Shown: one piece after another, positions 11,998-25,480 of the stretch
Position numbering within the stretch: the first letter of the stretch is position 1
Layout: each line of letters begins with the position of its first letter
NCBI GenBank assembly: GCA_965153455.1
Contig: OZ234493.1
Span: 21,938,213 to 22,002,212 of the forward strand
Direction of reading: 5' to 3'
From: Sphagnum compactum
Taxonomy: Eukaryota
DNA length: 64,000 bases
The notes under the pieces: model-generated
Seen by the model: the letters and a program-made list of their open reading frames with translations, nothing else
What the model was told of the DNA's origin: nothing
Database searches by the model: none
Program-made: the position numbers and the translations under genes

Positions 11998-14900
11998 TCA
12001 TGAAATTGGGGTTTTGGAGATCCCTGGTAATTGAGGGACAGCACTGGCTGTTGTCAATGCAGATTTGTTGGAGTTGGGCTTTTTCCATTTGGAAGCTGCT
12101 TTGCGTGACTCAAACATGCGGCGCTTTATTCGGCTTTTTTGTTTGTCTGAAATGGCTGCCTGTTTGAACCACTCTGCTGCTATTTCCTCATTTCCAAGCG
12201 CTTGTTCCACAAGACCCATCTCCTGCATTGGCCAGCAGAGGAATAACAATGTCAAACATGCAACCATGGGCTAATGCTTGGAGTACAAGGAGATGGAATC
12301 AAGTTCAATTGCATCAACTACTTTGATGCAGGCTTTGACTTACCATGACCATAACCTAAACATATTTCCAGAGTCAAAGCTGTGGACCCTAAGACACTTC
12401 AGGCATGGCAAATACACGTGTCACTCAAGGCAATCACTCCTCGATCTTCTCATAGCCTATCCATTTTTAATCCTTGATCTATAGAATTGGGCTGCCCCAT
12501 GAATAGAAGAAGGGTACCAAGTACATCCATCACCATATACTGACTTCCCATTTATGCAACAAATCACATGGAGGCAATGACTTATCATCCTCAATCCTGG
12601 GATCCTAATGCACCCTCATCCTGAAAAAGTAACACTAATGCACAACTTCAGATTTTTGTTGCATGACTACAGCATCGGAAAGAATAGAGCCCTAATTACT
12701 ATCAAAAGCATATAACTGGCAGACTCAGAAGCACACACCATTAAAGTGGCTGGATTTCGAGACTCTACAGATATGGCAGCCTCTAAGATCGTCTTAGCAG
12801 CCTCAAAATTTCCACCCATCCGCTCCATGTGTGCATAAGCCTTCATGACCAATTCCAACAACCCAAAGAAAGTTTATTCAACCCTGAACTGGTAGCCCAA
12901 TCTAATTTTGGAACACAGGCAAAGAACTCTTGTAGAAGAGTTTGTTGGTACCTGAAGGCAGGGGACACTTTGTGGATTAGCTCCAAGTCCCCTTTCAAAA
13001 AGGATCCGAGCACCTGTAAAATTGCCTGCTTTTTGCTCCATAACAGCCCATGCCTACCATCCAACAGTAAAAGATAAAACATCATCAAACACTCTGATTT
13101 CTGTAAGGGATACCAACAACTCATTCACATTAAGTTCTACAAATAGTTGCCTTCACAAAAGTAGTGTATGACCATGATATTAGTGGGATTAGAGGCAGTA
13201 AAAGGGAAAGAAAAGTGTTAAACCTCACCTGCCAAGAATGCACACTGTTAGAATCCAATTCAACACATTTTTGGTATAATTTTCTGGCATGAGTTCTGGA
13301 TTCCTCTGTGCCAATTAGAGCCTCTTGATGTGCCCATGCCTGCAATATCAAAAGGCACAAAAGTCATTTGCCTGGCCACCTGGTTGATCTGCATAGACTA
13401 GTTCTGAACAATTCATCAGGGTTCTATCCAAATTGGGAATTGGGTCCATGGCAACAAGCCTATAACAACCAGTCTTGGGATTACAATCTACTGGATGCTT
13501 GCAATCAGATTGCACAACTAGCCTACTGCTGACTGAGAAACTTTCAAATGCCAATGTCACTAAAATTTAGTTCATCATAAGGTTAAGAAGACATATACAG
13601 ACCTGCAAAGAGTGTAGATTATTTGGCTCTGCTTGCAGTGCTCGTTGAAACAGTTGTCGCATTCTTGTTGGCTTACTCTGCCTAGCCTCAAACAATGCCC
13701 ATGCCTATTGTACACACAAAATCCATGTGAATCAGCCACAATTTGAATCCCACAAGCACAGAAATTTTGCTCAATCCAACTATCCCATGGGTTTAATTGA
13801 CTTCAACTTGCTCTTCATCAACCTCCAATTTGCAATTTTGGATCAGACAGAAGCTACTTAAGGAGTCCAAACACCGGCAACCCATTTGCCAATATTTTGT
13901 TCTGTTGCATCCCACCTTACCTGCCAACATTTAACATCTTCAGGGGCTGCCTCAACAGCAAGACGAAAGTGGAATCTGGCTGCAGCATAATTGTGTGCAC
14001 GCGCCTCTAGCAATGCTCTTGTTTGATGGACAACAGCATTCCCTGGCTGTACATTGGCAGCTCTCTCCAAAAGCTCACGAGCCTTGCTCCAGTTCCCAAG
14101 CCTTTGCTCAAGCATAGCCCACGCATGAAGACCGTACACCACTGCACCCTTCAACTCCATTTCTCCATTTTCTTGTTCCTGCATGCAAACCACCGATATC
14201 AAACACCAACTGCTTAGGTTGCTGCTCGAAAACAAACTTTTTTTTTTCCAACTCTAACAAGAACTAAGATGTACTGGTCTACAGCATGTTGATTTTGTTT
14301 GACAGAATGCCTATGACAAGTTGGTGATCATGGTTTGTGATTCATAACTATCTCATAAGTGTCTACGAGACCTTGCAGACCATGATAGATATAAGCATGA
14401 TGAAGAACCCACACTAACCAGAACTGCAGGTGCTCCACAATTGGCAAATGCAAATGACACAACAAAAAAGAGGAAATCACCTTCACTGCAGCTTCCACTG
14501 ACTCTGTGAAGAGAGATCGGGCTTTTGCAACATTCCCAGCTTGTGCTTCTAATGAACCTGAAGCTAGCAATGTGTGCACATATGCTAGGTTATGCACTCC
14601 TTGATCCTTGAACAATTGGATTGCTTTTCCGTAATATGATGCAGCTCCAACCAAATCATCTGCAGAATAATATATTTCCAGATCATTGGCAGTACTGATG
14701 GCCTTGCAAAACTGCTCAATCAAAGCAGAGGAAGGTTTGCAGATCTATAACTGGTCAAATCATGTAGAAATAAAAACCATACTAACTTACCTTCTTTTCT
14801 TTTAAGTTGGGCAAAATGCACCATGACACGGGGGTCGTAAGGGTACTCTTTTGAAAGCTGCAACATCAGCGAATCAAAATTAGAAAACTTGGGAACTCTT

Positions 14901-16544
14901 GCAATCTAACCTGTTTCAGCAATTAACACTGAATTGAGTATTGGCTTCCAACATGAAAAACACAATAAAATCAGTCCCACTCCTAAACCCTCAACAATCA
15001 TTGCTTACCATAAGCAAAGAGCTTCGAGCAGCTATCAAGTCACCAGATGCAATTTGCTTCCTGATGTTGGCAAATTCTTCATCAATCACTGGCTTGACAC
15101 CATCAATACAATACACTCCACCTTTCTCATTATCTGAACTCAGGCTAGTAGGAGAACTAAAGAAACCTTCCTCTACAACTTTTACACCAGCTGAGAGTTT
15201 CTCTTGGGTCACTTTTCCTGGACTTGCTGGCTTTTTTAGACTGCGGATGTGGCTCCTGACCCTCCTGTTGCCACCTTCAAAAGTGCTACTGCTGGGAGCA
15301 TTCTTATCATTTTCAAAATCCTTGACCCTCTCCACCTGCAGCTCCTGTTCCATCTTCATCCCCTTATCCACCTCTTCAGCAGCATTCACCTGATCGGGTG
15401 TGTAAGTTACAGGGCCAGAATTCCTTGGGGAGGCTGCAGGGCTGTCCACAAAAATAGTGGCAGAGGAGTTTCTGAGCTCTGCATCTGTGCTTGCCTCTCT
15501 AAAATCCATGAGCAGTTGAATCTCATCATGCTGCAAATCTGTGAACTGCTTGCTGTCTCCTGCAATTTTCCTTTCAAGCTCCAGTATTGCATCAGCATCC
15601 GCCTCACTGCACTCACATGCTATATACCCTCCCTCATCTCCTTGCAGTACATTACTGATTCTTAACCTGGACCTTCCATCTCTGGTCCTCCTGGGGAGAC
15701 CAAGTTGCTCCTCCAAGTCAACAAGTCCATTGTTGGTCACAACTTGTACACACCGCCTTGCTGTTTCTCTTCCTCGTCTCCAATTGTACTCCTTAACCCC
15801 TCTCCTCCCCCGCGATTCTGGTGATGATTCCTCTCCCCCCTCCTCCTCCCCTTTTTCATATCTCTCTTGCTCAACATAATCCTTTGCACGGGCCTGTAAT
15901 GATGGTAACCCTGCACTAGAACCTCTTTGAAACTGTGGCCCCTGTTTCTTTGCACCCTTAGCAGCTAGTAGTCCATCTCCTTTATTACTTCGACCATTCC
16001 AAAATTTGCTACTAGAGTTAGCTGCGACCGAAACAACAGAATGCACAACGATACCAGAAGCTCCAATCTCGCCCCAATTGGAAGAAGAACTTCGTCCAAA
16101 TGATGCACTGCTATTATTTAGTAGCTCCCTGCAACTGTGTAATCCTCTCTCTACTGCTCGCAACTGCATAGAAATCGGTGTCAAGCAACAAAAAGCATCA
16201 TGTCAAATCATCATCATCATCATCATCACAGGCTTACCAAACAGCTACACAACATCCAAAAAGCCATCTATATCCATCTCTTGTCATGCAGCAAACCATA
16301 CCTCTAAGATCCACAAAGCCACCCATGTGCATCTCTTTTTTGCAGCAGCAGCAGCAAATCACCACTACTAACCAACAAAGAGTCCATGAAAAATAAGAAG
16401 GAAACAAAGTGACAGTACCTGAGAAGAACATGAAGCTCCGGATATTGCTGTCGAGTTCAAGCTGCCAATACCAGTACTGCCACTACTACTCGCCGCATGA
16501 TGAAGTCCATGAAACCGTCCACTGTTGCAAGCACATACTGCCAT
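11998..16544 (-). CDS. HAT/TPR-repeat protein, HCF107/Mbb1-like (probable organellar RNA-binding/stability factor), ~808 aa
   Basis: Exons 16544-16419, 16163-15009, 14857-14791, 14659-14481, 14178-13921, 13704-13603, 13339-13229, 13053-12952, 12840-12739, 12222-11998 (2427 nt, in frame). Repeated (Q)AWA.LE...G....AR.LF.RA....P motifs are typical of half-a-TPR repeats. The Ser/Ala/Gly-rich N-terminus resembles a transit peptide. The exact ortholog is not established. Confidence 0.85.
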
Positions 16545-17721
16545 CCTAGGACTAAATCTACTACTACTGCTCTCGCCGCCACAAAAATCACTCCAAACTC
16601 GCAGAAATTTATGCACCAAAAAAAAAAAAACCGAAGAATCTAAGGAGTACCTGGCTGCCTTGTTTTGGAAACCCGAGATCTCTCAAAGGTTCAACCCTAA
16701 TTTCTTCCTATGAACGATACTTGTTCACGGCCTTGAGCAAACTCAAAGCTCTCTCTCAAAGAGATCTCAAAGCTCTCTCTATCTCTCTCTCAAAATTCTC
16801 CTCTCCAATTTTGCCGCAATTGCTGCTCTCTGAAATCCGAAGGAGCTTCCAGAATCGCTTACGAAAACCAAAACAGATCTCGACTTCTTCGCGAATTCGT
16901 CGAATATTTCCGCCAGAATCGGACGAACTGCGCACTGTGTGTGTTTTCTTCTTCGGAGTGGCCTTCTTTTGTTTTCTTTTTGTTTGTTTGTTTTTTTATA
17001 TTATTATTATTCTTATTATTATTATTTAATTTTTTGCGGGGTTTCCTTGGCAGTGTATTTTTTGGGGACAAATTTTGTCATTTTTAGACCAAAACCAATT
17101 GGGAAATTTTCGTTTTTTAAGTGTAAAATTCGACTGATTTCCTAAAATTTTGGAATTTTTTGGCAAATTTTAAATATCAGAATTTATTTGTTTTTAATTC
17201 TTTTTTGTTTCTTAGTGTGGAAAATGAACAATTGTCAAGGACTGGGTTTTTTTTATTTTTTTATTTTTGGGGTTTTTTAAGAGTGACTCAAAATTAGAGC
17301 ACCACAGGTTGCCACGTCGACCAACGGAGGGGTTTCTGGCCTAAAATGAAGTCGGCCGACGCGGCCACCGCCTCACTACTCGCTTTTTACTTGGGTCTGT
17401 TTTTTTTGTTTTTTCAAATTTTTTAATTAAAAATTTAAGTTTTTGTTTCTTCCTTTCATTTGTTTGGGTCTCTTTCTTGAGAGGATGGCCTGTGGATTGG
17501 ACCAATAAGGAACTGCCAGATGGTGACGTGGGAGGTGTATAGAAGCACGAGTGTCAAAAGCACAACCCAAAGTTCAAACGACCACCCAAACTCTTCAATT
17601 GGCACGACCCAGAGGCCTTCAGAGATTGGCCTGTGGGTTGGGCCAATGACCAGGTGAATAACTACTAGAGACAGGAAAATAGGGGTGGACATTCTTATTG
17701 TCACATAAGGCGTCGGACTTA

Positions 17722-17940
17722 AGGTGCATTCACACTTGGTGTGAATAAGGACTCTAAGTACTAAGTCCCCTAACACCAAGCTAGTCATTTAGGACCTTAA
17801 ACCTATTTATCAGGAAGATTTTAGGTTGATTTAATAATTCATTTAATTTTAAACAATCACCCATTTAATATTGGCTGCCACCTCAGATGCCACCTAGATT
17901 TTCACTTAACACTAACTTAACATTAGGTGTGAATGCACCT
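17722..17940. mobile_element. Tourist/PIF-Harbinger-like MITE (219 bp)
   Basis: TIR aggtgcattcacacttggtgt ... acattaggtgtgaatgcacct; flanks tta / cta are a near-perfect 3-bp TSD; non-coding interior. Confidence 0.7.
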
Positions 17941-18889
17941 CTAGGGTTTCAAGATTTCCAACTTGCCATTAGCACCGATGTCACGTGGGTACATTGAATT
18001 CAAAGTATTTAGGAAAAAATTATACTTAACTGTTGTGTAGGGCCCCTTGAGTGGGACCAATTCGAGCACTCCCCCAATATAAGGGCCCCTGGTAAGGGCA
18101 GACGGCACTCACAGCAATGCTCCCCTTTGGTAAAGCAGTGTAGGGCGAGGCAATTTTCCAGTTTTTATTGAGAACCGCCGGGTCCACTTTTGAATGGCAC
18201 TTATAAGACTTCATGTCTTTTTTTTTTTTAAATAATTAATTTTTTTAAAAAAAAAGTCAGCTTTGAGAGAGAATTGGGCAAGGTTGAAAAATTTAGAGAA
18301 AAAAAAGTTTCAGCTGGTTTTCAAAGTGCCAATTTTCACAAATTTTATATTAGCCGGTTTTGAAGGCGGTTCTCAAAAAATGGGTATCAAAAGTTCAATT
18401 ATTTGTACACACAAGGTTTTTTTTATTATTTTTAGAATGTTAGAAATTTAGAATGAATAATATAATTTTTTTTTGTTCTTTGAACATTTTGTGTTCTTGA
18501 TTTCATCCCGTTCAAATATGTCTTCAAATTCCTTTTCTAAACTTAAATTGTTATCAGAAGATGATTTACAAGCAACTCTAGGATTGTTTGGCTAGTTTTT
18601 TCTCACAAAAATCAATCTTTTTAGATTGTTTGATTGTAAATGACATCTCGTTAATGTGTAACTAATGTAGGCAACTAATACAATGTGAAGTGTAAATATT
18701 AAACCCTTCACACAAACAACAAACCTACAACTACCAACATACAAAACATATGCGACAAAAAGAAATCTAAACACATTCATGTTCACAAAACACATACAAA
18801 CATATAAACACAATAAAAATAAACAAAGAAAAAACAAGAAAACTCACCTTGAAAAATTTGAACTTGAAGATTGAGTTTCATGTTTCCTC

Positions 18890-19300
18890 TCCCTCACTTG
18901 CTCAAAAGCAAAGGTTGGGGGTTGTACCAAATTGAAATAACCAAACCACAACAATGAGGGGGAATAACAACAACGCACATCGATGAAGAGACAAGGAGCA
19001 ACAAGTTAAAAAGGTGCTTAGGGGAATGGTGGTAGTGCACAACAATGAGGAATTGAAAAGTGGTAGCAACACACAATAATGAGAAATAGTAATGTCCAAC
19101 AACAAGGAATTGAAGAACAACAATAGTGCACAACAACAATGAACAATAACTCCCCACAATGAAAAATTGAAGAATGGTAACAACACATGACAATGAGGAG
19201 TAGCAACAAGGAATCAATGGCACCAAAAAAACAACAATGCATAACAACGAAGAGCCGAGGAATAGTAGCAATGTACAACAATGATGAGGCGCAAAATTCA
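18890..19300. repeat. Degenerate CAA-rich tandem/low-complexity array (caacaatgaggaattgaagaa...-type units), likely TE-internal
   Basis: Recurring acaacaatgaggaa / gtagcaac motifs; generates spurious hydrophobic ORFs on the minus strand. Confidence 0.6.
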
Positions 19301-20399
19301 ATAAAATAAGTAAATAAATAAATAAAAATACTCAAAGCATAATCAAACAATTGAAAATAACAAACAAGCAAAGTAATAAACACAAGAGACAAAAATAATA
19401 GTGACGATTATATTTAAATAGTGAAAAAAAAGAAACTTGAAAAAGAAACATGGAGGAAGAACGAGATGTCACTTTCAATTAAACCCTTTTTTTTAAAAAA
19501 ATCTTACCTAACACCCACTAACCTACGATTGATTAATACCCCAACCTTGTTTATTAATACACTATTGGGGTATCGATTGTTTTTACATGTGAAAAGGTTT
19601 CAAATGGCCAGTTGCAGTTAATCTAATGTAAATTGATGTTTGAAACAAGACATTACCCTTGGTGATACCCAGAACTAATGGGTGGGTTCAAACAAGATAT
19701 CCCCCATTGGTGATATTTATGTTTCTTCCTCTTCTTATTGTTGTTATAGAAGATATGATAGTTCACTCATAATCCATTCATAGTCCACTCGTAATTGATT
19801 TATAATTAATTCAAAGTTTAGTCCTAAATAATTTGGTAATTAACTCTCATTTCATTTATAGTTCTTTTAATTCATTACTAATTCATTCATAAGTAACTCA
19901 TAGTTCATTTTTAATTAACTCACAGTTCACTTATAAAGACTCTTACAAAGGTTTTTTAGTTGGTGGGCATATAAAAACCTCTATAAAAGCTTTTATGAAC
20001 TAGGTCCCCAAAGGGGTATAAATAATGATAAAACCCTCCATTATGTTCAATCTACTCAACATTAATTTGAAGTACAATCTTGTTCCATAATCTTATTATG
20101 TTCCTTTTGTATTTATGTTTTCAAATTTTATCACAATAAATATTTGTTTACATTGCACACTTTATGATCTTGTTTTTAGCCCCTTGTGATTTTGTTTTAA
20201 CTTTTATATTATTATGTGTTTGGATTTAGACTTAAGTTTGTTTTTACATCATTTGTGTTCATAGTTATCATGCTCATGATAAAAACCTTGTTTAGTATTC
20301 CCAAATTTATTGTTTAAAATGTTTTGTTTGGAGTACTATTTGGCCTTGAATGTTGTTCCCTATGTTGTGAATATGTGGAGATTATTTGATAAAGTCACG

Positions 20400-23216
20400 A
20401 TCCAATAATAAATCCTCCATATTTTACATTTCAATTTTCATTTAATTTATAACTCAACCGTCTTGGGCTTGTTTTGATTCAATAAAAGTGACAACTCTTG
20501 AAACAATTATTCTTCTAATAGATTTATGAAGAAATTTAAATCATTTACTTTCATCATTGTAACGAAGAAAAAAATATTTATTTGTATGTAGGTCTAAAAA
20601 AATTTCTTTGATATTTCATAATGAGATCAAGTGTTTAATTGTTAAACATTTATAAATTTGAAAGATTATATTTATGTCCAATCCATAATTGATAAAGAGT
20701 TTTATTTTATTAAATAACACTTGGTGAACTTTGATTTTGTAAATATGTCGTTGTCATGAGTGCTTCACCCCAGAATATTTTTGGAAGTTTTAAATTGTTG
20801 TCAACAAAGTCAAGATTATTTCCATCAATGTTCAATTCTTTATTTCCACCACCCCATTTTGTTGTAGGATATTAGGAACTATGAATTATTGTTGTATTCC
20901 ACTTTCTTGGCAAAACTATCTGAATTCACTTAACTTTGTATTCACCTCCATTTTCAACTATTAACACTTTGATTTTATCATTAATGTGATTTTCAACTAT
21001 TTGTTTGAATTGTTTGCATTTGGCAAAAGCCTAAGACTTATGGCATAAAAAATACATTATTGTGTATCTTGTGTATAATCACCAACAAATGTAATTAAAT
21101 AAGTGTAATTATAATGCATTGATATTTGTATGGGACCACATATATTAAAATGCATAAAACTTAAAATATGAAAGGCTCTTGTCCCACTTCTTTTGAAAAA
21201 AATTCACAATGTTGTTTTCTTTTTTAAACATGTAGTGCACACTTGAATTTTTTGGATCAAAATTTTCAATTCCAATAACCATAGAGTTTGTCAACAATTG
21301 ATGTTTCCATCCATGATTAATGTGCCCTAGACACTTGTGCCATAATTGTGTCTTATTCAATTGAATTGTTGTTGGTATGGCAATAACAATAACATGAGTT
21401 TGTGATGTGGTGCCAAGTTTATGATGTTCATTTCAAGCATGCAATTTGCTATTATAACACCATTTTGGTGATTTTAAAATACACCTTCCATACTTAATTA
21501 TCATCTCACCAACTCTAGCTTCATCCAATTTCTTTAAAAAAAAGAAATTTTTCATGAGATTTAGAACATGGAGTACATTTGGTATGATCTCCTTTCAACC
21601 GCTTGATAAAAAATGGATAAATCTCCTTGTCCTTTAATGTGATGTGAAATATCATTGCCCAAATAAACAACTTGATTTGTTTGCCAAGGTTTATATGAAA
21701 AAAAAGAAGTGATTTCATGTACCATATGTTGTGTTGTTCCTATGTCAATGTACCAAGTGGGATCTTTTCCCTTGGTAATTAATGTTGTTGCAACAAAAAA
21801 TGTATTGTCTTCAACAATTATATTTCCTTCTCTTATATTTTGGTTTTCATCAACAATCCTTTTTCAAAAGTCTGTAATGAGATGGCTTGGTTTCTTGCAA
21901 TAGAAACATGTTACCTTTCTTTTATTAAGAAAATAAGGTTATTAGAGAACGCATTCAAGTTTCCTCCATTTTTTTGTAAGGTCTTATGATGTACATTTTT
22001 CTTTTGGAAATGACAGAATACTTTTTGCTATGAAAAGAACCTTTGAATTGTCATTTCCAAATCCAAGATCCTTCATCAAGGTTTCTTCTTGAATTAGGTC
22101 TATAATTAAAGTTTATTGAGTCAATTTCGTTTGCCTTCTCAAGGTTGATAAAGAATCTGCATAATTATTTGTTTTGCTATGCATTAATGATAAAATTATG
22201 TGATCTTCATCATCTAGGCTTCCAATTGAAGCCAATTGTTCAAGTATCATTTGAAACTAATTAATATGATTTGTTACACCATTTGACCTTCTCATCTTTA
22301 GGCTTCTTAATTTATGTTTCAAATGCATTCTAGTGACAACATCTTTTGTTTCATACAACTTCATTTCATTCCTCCCATGCTTCATGACAGTTTTGACATG
22401 ATTGAATATGAAACACCATTGTATTATCAAGGTAGTTAATGATGACAAATAATGCCAATGCATTTCTATCTTCCCACTCAACAAAGCTCCCCTTTCCAAT
22501 ACAATAAATTCTCTCTAAACTAATACTGTGTAAACTAATATTCTCTCTAAACTAATATGCGGGCACAGGCCTGTGGCGGGCCTCATACTTAATCTAATAA
22601 TTCTCCATAAACTAATATTCAATATTTTTTTCCGGTCCCATAACATTTTATAAACTAATACGTCATACATATGGCACCAAAAAAGCGATGAAATCAGAGG
22701 AAACACCTTCGAAAGTATGATCTTCTACATGCTTCTTTGATCCTCCACGAAGCTCCACAAGGTTTCGTTACCTTCCCCAATGATCCATGACCTTCTACTA
22801 ATCTTCATGACTTTCCATGCTCCTCTGGCAGGTTCCGGAATGATTTTTGTTACCCCCCATATAATTTGTGTAAACTAATATCCTCCATAAACTAATATCT
22901 TCCGGCCGGTCCCAAGGATATTAGTTTAGAAAGAGTTTACTGTAAAAGGTAATGGTTGGATACTTGTTATGGTGGATGCTACAAGTTTTTTTTTTAAGCC
23001 ATCCACAAGTCATAAATGTTTTTGCCTGCATAATAAATGATAATTGATGGTTGCATACATTGAAATATAAATCATCAAATTTGGGGATGTCATTATTGTT
23101 TGTTATTTTATGATGTGACATGATTGATGATTTTATTATATTGATAAAGATTTAAATATATGACATGTTCATTATCAAGTTATATAAAATCTTATGAATA
23201 ATTAGCTTTGATACCA
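20400..23216 (-). mobile_element. Decayed Ty1/Copia LTR-retrotransposon remnant (PBS-gag-protease-integrase; RT/RNaseH and LTRs not recognisable)
   Basis: Minus-strand PBS tggtatcaaagct (23216-23204; tRNA-iMet type TGGTATCAGAGC). Gag start ...DIPKFD (~23090); Zn knuckle CFYCKKPSHL (~21880-21910); protease WYIDIGTTQHM (~21725-21755); GAG-pre-integrase LWHKCLGH (~21320-21345). Integrase remnants KIKVLIVENGGEY (~20940-20976), QQNGVVEIKN*TL (~20830-20865), LPKIFWGEALMTTTYLQN (~20740-20790), SRVVTFIE (~20480-20500). Domains are in Copia order, with many stops and frameshifts. Confidence 0.85.
22502..22942. mobile_element. Tc1/mariner (pogo/Emigrant-like) MITE inserted in the Copia gag
   Basis: TA|caataaattctctctaaactaata ... 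tattagtttagaaagagtttactg|TA: ~24-bp TIR and TA target duplication. Several internal copies of taaactaata. Confidence 0.85.
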
Positions 23217-24639
23217 TAATACAAAAGACAAAGGAAAAAAACAAGGTAGACTTTAAATTCAAGTGTAGTAATAAATGCAAATAAAAAATGTTTATTAAAA
23301 AAAAATCTATTTAAAAAAGGTTGTAATGGTTGGAAATATGCCTTTTCATTTTGTGTACTTATCAACTATTGGTCATTTAAACCTTAGGTATTAATGTTTA
23401 TTAACAAAGGTGCAATGAAAAGAAGGTAATTGGTTGAATGAGAAAAAAAAACCAAAATTAAATGGGCTCAATTTTAAGTTGAAGTACAATGTCAACAAAA
23501 GATTCAACAAATACGATTTCCTTTGACAAGTTGTTCAAATTCATTAGGAATCTTACAATGTGGAGTATGGGGTTCATCCTACGTAGTTCATTTTCATGAA
23601 TTGCAAAAGACGTTGACCTTGTTAAAACAATTCAAGCAAACAAGGTTGCAACATTTTTTACATTATTTCCATCCTCCAACTGAATTATCAAGGCTTCTTC
23701 TTCTCCAATAATAATAAAAAGATCATTTTGTGGCATGGTCATCTGAACATTTTTATACATGTTCACAAATTCATTTTTGTAATTTTTCATGCCCCATTCC
23801 ACACAATACCCCCATCCACAATGAATGGTTTTACATTAACTATAAAACCAAATAAATAATACCTTTAATAATAAACATTGATTATGGCCATGACATAATG
23901 AACAATACCCTTGTCCAAGTGTGAATAAACAATGCAAAACTCACATAAGAATTTCAAATAAAAAATGTATTGTAATACCTATGTACAATTGTATTGTATA
24001 CCTTTACCAAAGGGACCCCTTGGTGCATGGCATGGTTTGATTATGTGGATATTGCAAAAAACTACTCTTCCTTCATTAAAGTTTATTTTAACCACATCTA
24101 GTCAACCAAATGTAATACCCACATTCATTCACCTAAAATTATTAATGCCCATATTTTTTCCCCCAACATGTGAAAATTGCAAAGACTTAATATTTTTGAA
24201 TATAAGTTCCATGGTAGGTGCCTAATTTCATCATGACCCCATCTGAAGGTATGGCGAAAACTTGGTCCACTTTCATTTGAGTCCTCATCACATCATGGTA
24301 GGTTGATTGTATGCAATACTTGCATGAATGTTGTTTCATTTATTTTTGTCAAGGGGGAAAAGGAGGGGGAAAAAACAACTCCCCTCGTCTTTGGAGGCAA
24401 CTTAGTCCCTTTTTAAAGTACCAATTTTTTTGGTCATAACTTTTAGTTCATACCTACCTTCAAATCAAGAATGCAAGATCGTTTTAAATATGTACGATTT
24501 GAGAACTTTTCAATAGTATAAAGTTCAATGTGGACAAAATTTATTCCTTATATTTTCTCATCAAACATTTAAAAATTTATTTGATGAAGGAAAGTTTTCC
24601 TAAGAAAATTTGCACCTTGAGACAACTTAGTCCTTTTCT

Positions 24640-24880
24640 CCTTAAAAAGCAATTGCTCTTGAGGCAACTTAGTCCCCTTCTCCCCAGGGGAAATTGTGCC
24701 CTTCTCCCCAAGGGAACATGGTCCTTTTCTCCTAGGGTGAAATTGCTCTTGGGGACAATTTAGTACCCTTCTCCCCAAGGGAACATGGTCCTTCTCTCCT
24801 AGGGAGAAATTGCTCTTGGGGACAATTTAGTACCCTTGTCCCGGGGGGAAATCATGCCCTTCTCCCAAGGGAACAAGGTT
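24640..24880. repeat. Tandem repeat, 67-bp period, with partial flanking copies
   Basis: cccttctccccaagggaacatggtcc...ggggacaatttagta starts at 24699 and 24766; partial copies lie before and after. Confidence 0.85.
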
Positions 24881-25364
24881 GGAGTTACCATTTTGTTAGA
24901 AAGTCCCTTTCCCTAGGCCATCTAGCTTGAAAAGGTTACCCAAATTATTATTTCTTTCATCCATTTTGTTCACGGAAAAAAAAATTTAAGAAAAAGGTTG
25001 AACCTTTAAAAATTAGTTTTAAAAAAAATTTAGACAAGTTCAACTGTATAATTCTAAATCCCTTTCAAAATACCAACCAATGATGCAACATCAAAAAATT
25101 GAAAAAAAATCAGGTAATTGAGTAAATGGACATAACAACCTTAAGCCATTAGGTCTAGGTGCAATTCCTAATAATGAAAATTTGATTTGATGGTTGACAC
25201 CTTATTCACAAATTCCTATGGAACATGCAATTGGCTATCCATTATTCAAGGGTGAGATGAGTGGCACACCAAGCATGGTAGGTAGCTCTAAGCTCATTCC
25301 ACTACATAAACATCTTTAGTGAATAATTACACGCACCATAAAATGGCTATGGAAATGATCAAAC

Positions 25365-25480
25365 TGGGAATCAACAAGGGATCAACATGGGAATGCCATG
25401 GGAACATTGTTAGAACATCATGCAAACAACACTAGAACATGTAAACATTCATGGGAACATGGGAACAAAACATGAGAACT
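25365..25480. repeat. gggaacat-motif low-complexity repeat
   Basis: Repeated gggaacat/agaacat units, probably a TE fragment. Confidence 0.5.

Noticed and set aside
14941..15879. Plus-strand ORFs of 110-150 aa
   Set aside because: Antisense shadows of the large HAT-protein exon.
18894..19392. Three overlapping hydrophobic minus-strand ORFs resembling membrane proteins
   Set aside because: Produced by CAA/TTG low-complexity repeats; open in all frames with no domain signal.
23480..24330. Decayed coding-like minus-strand segment (CKKCCNLVCLNC-like)
   Set aside because: No assignable family and many stops; probably an old TE fragment.
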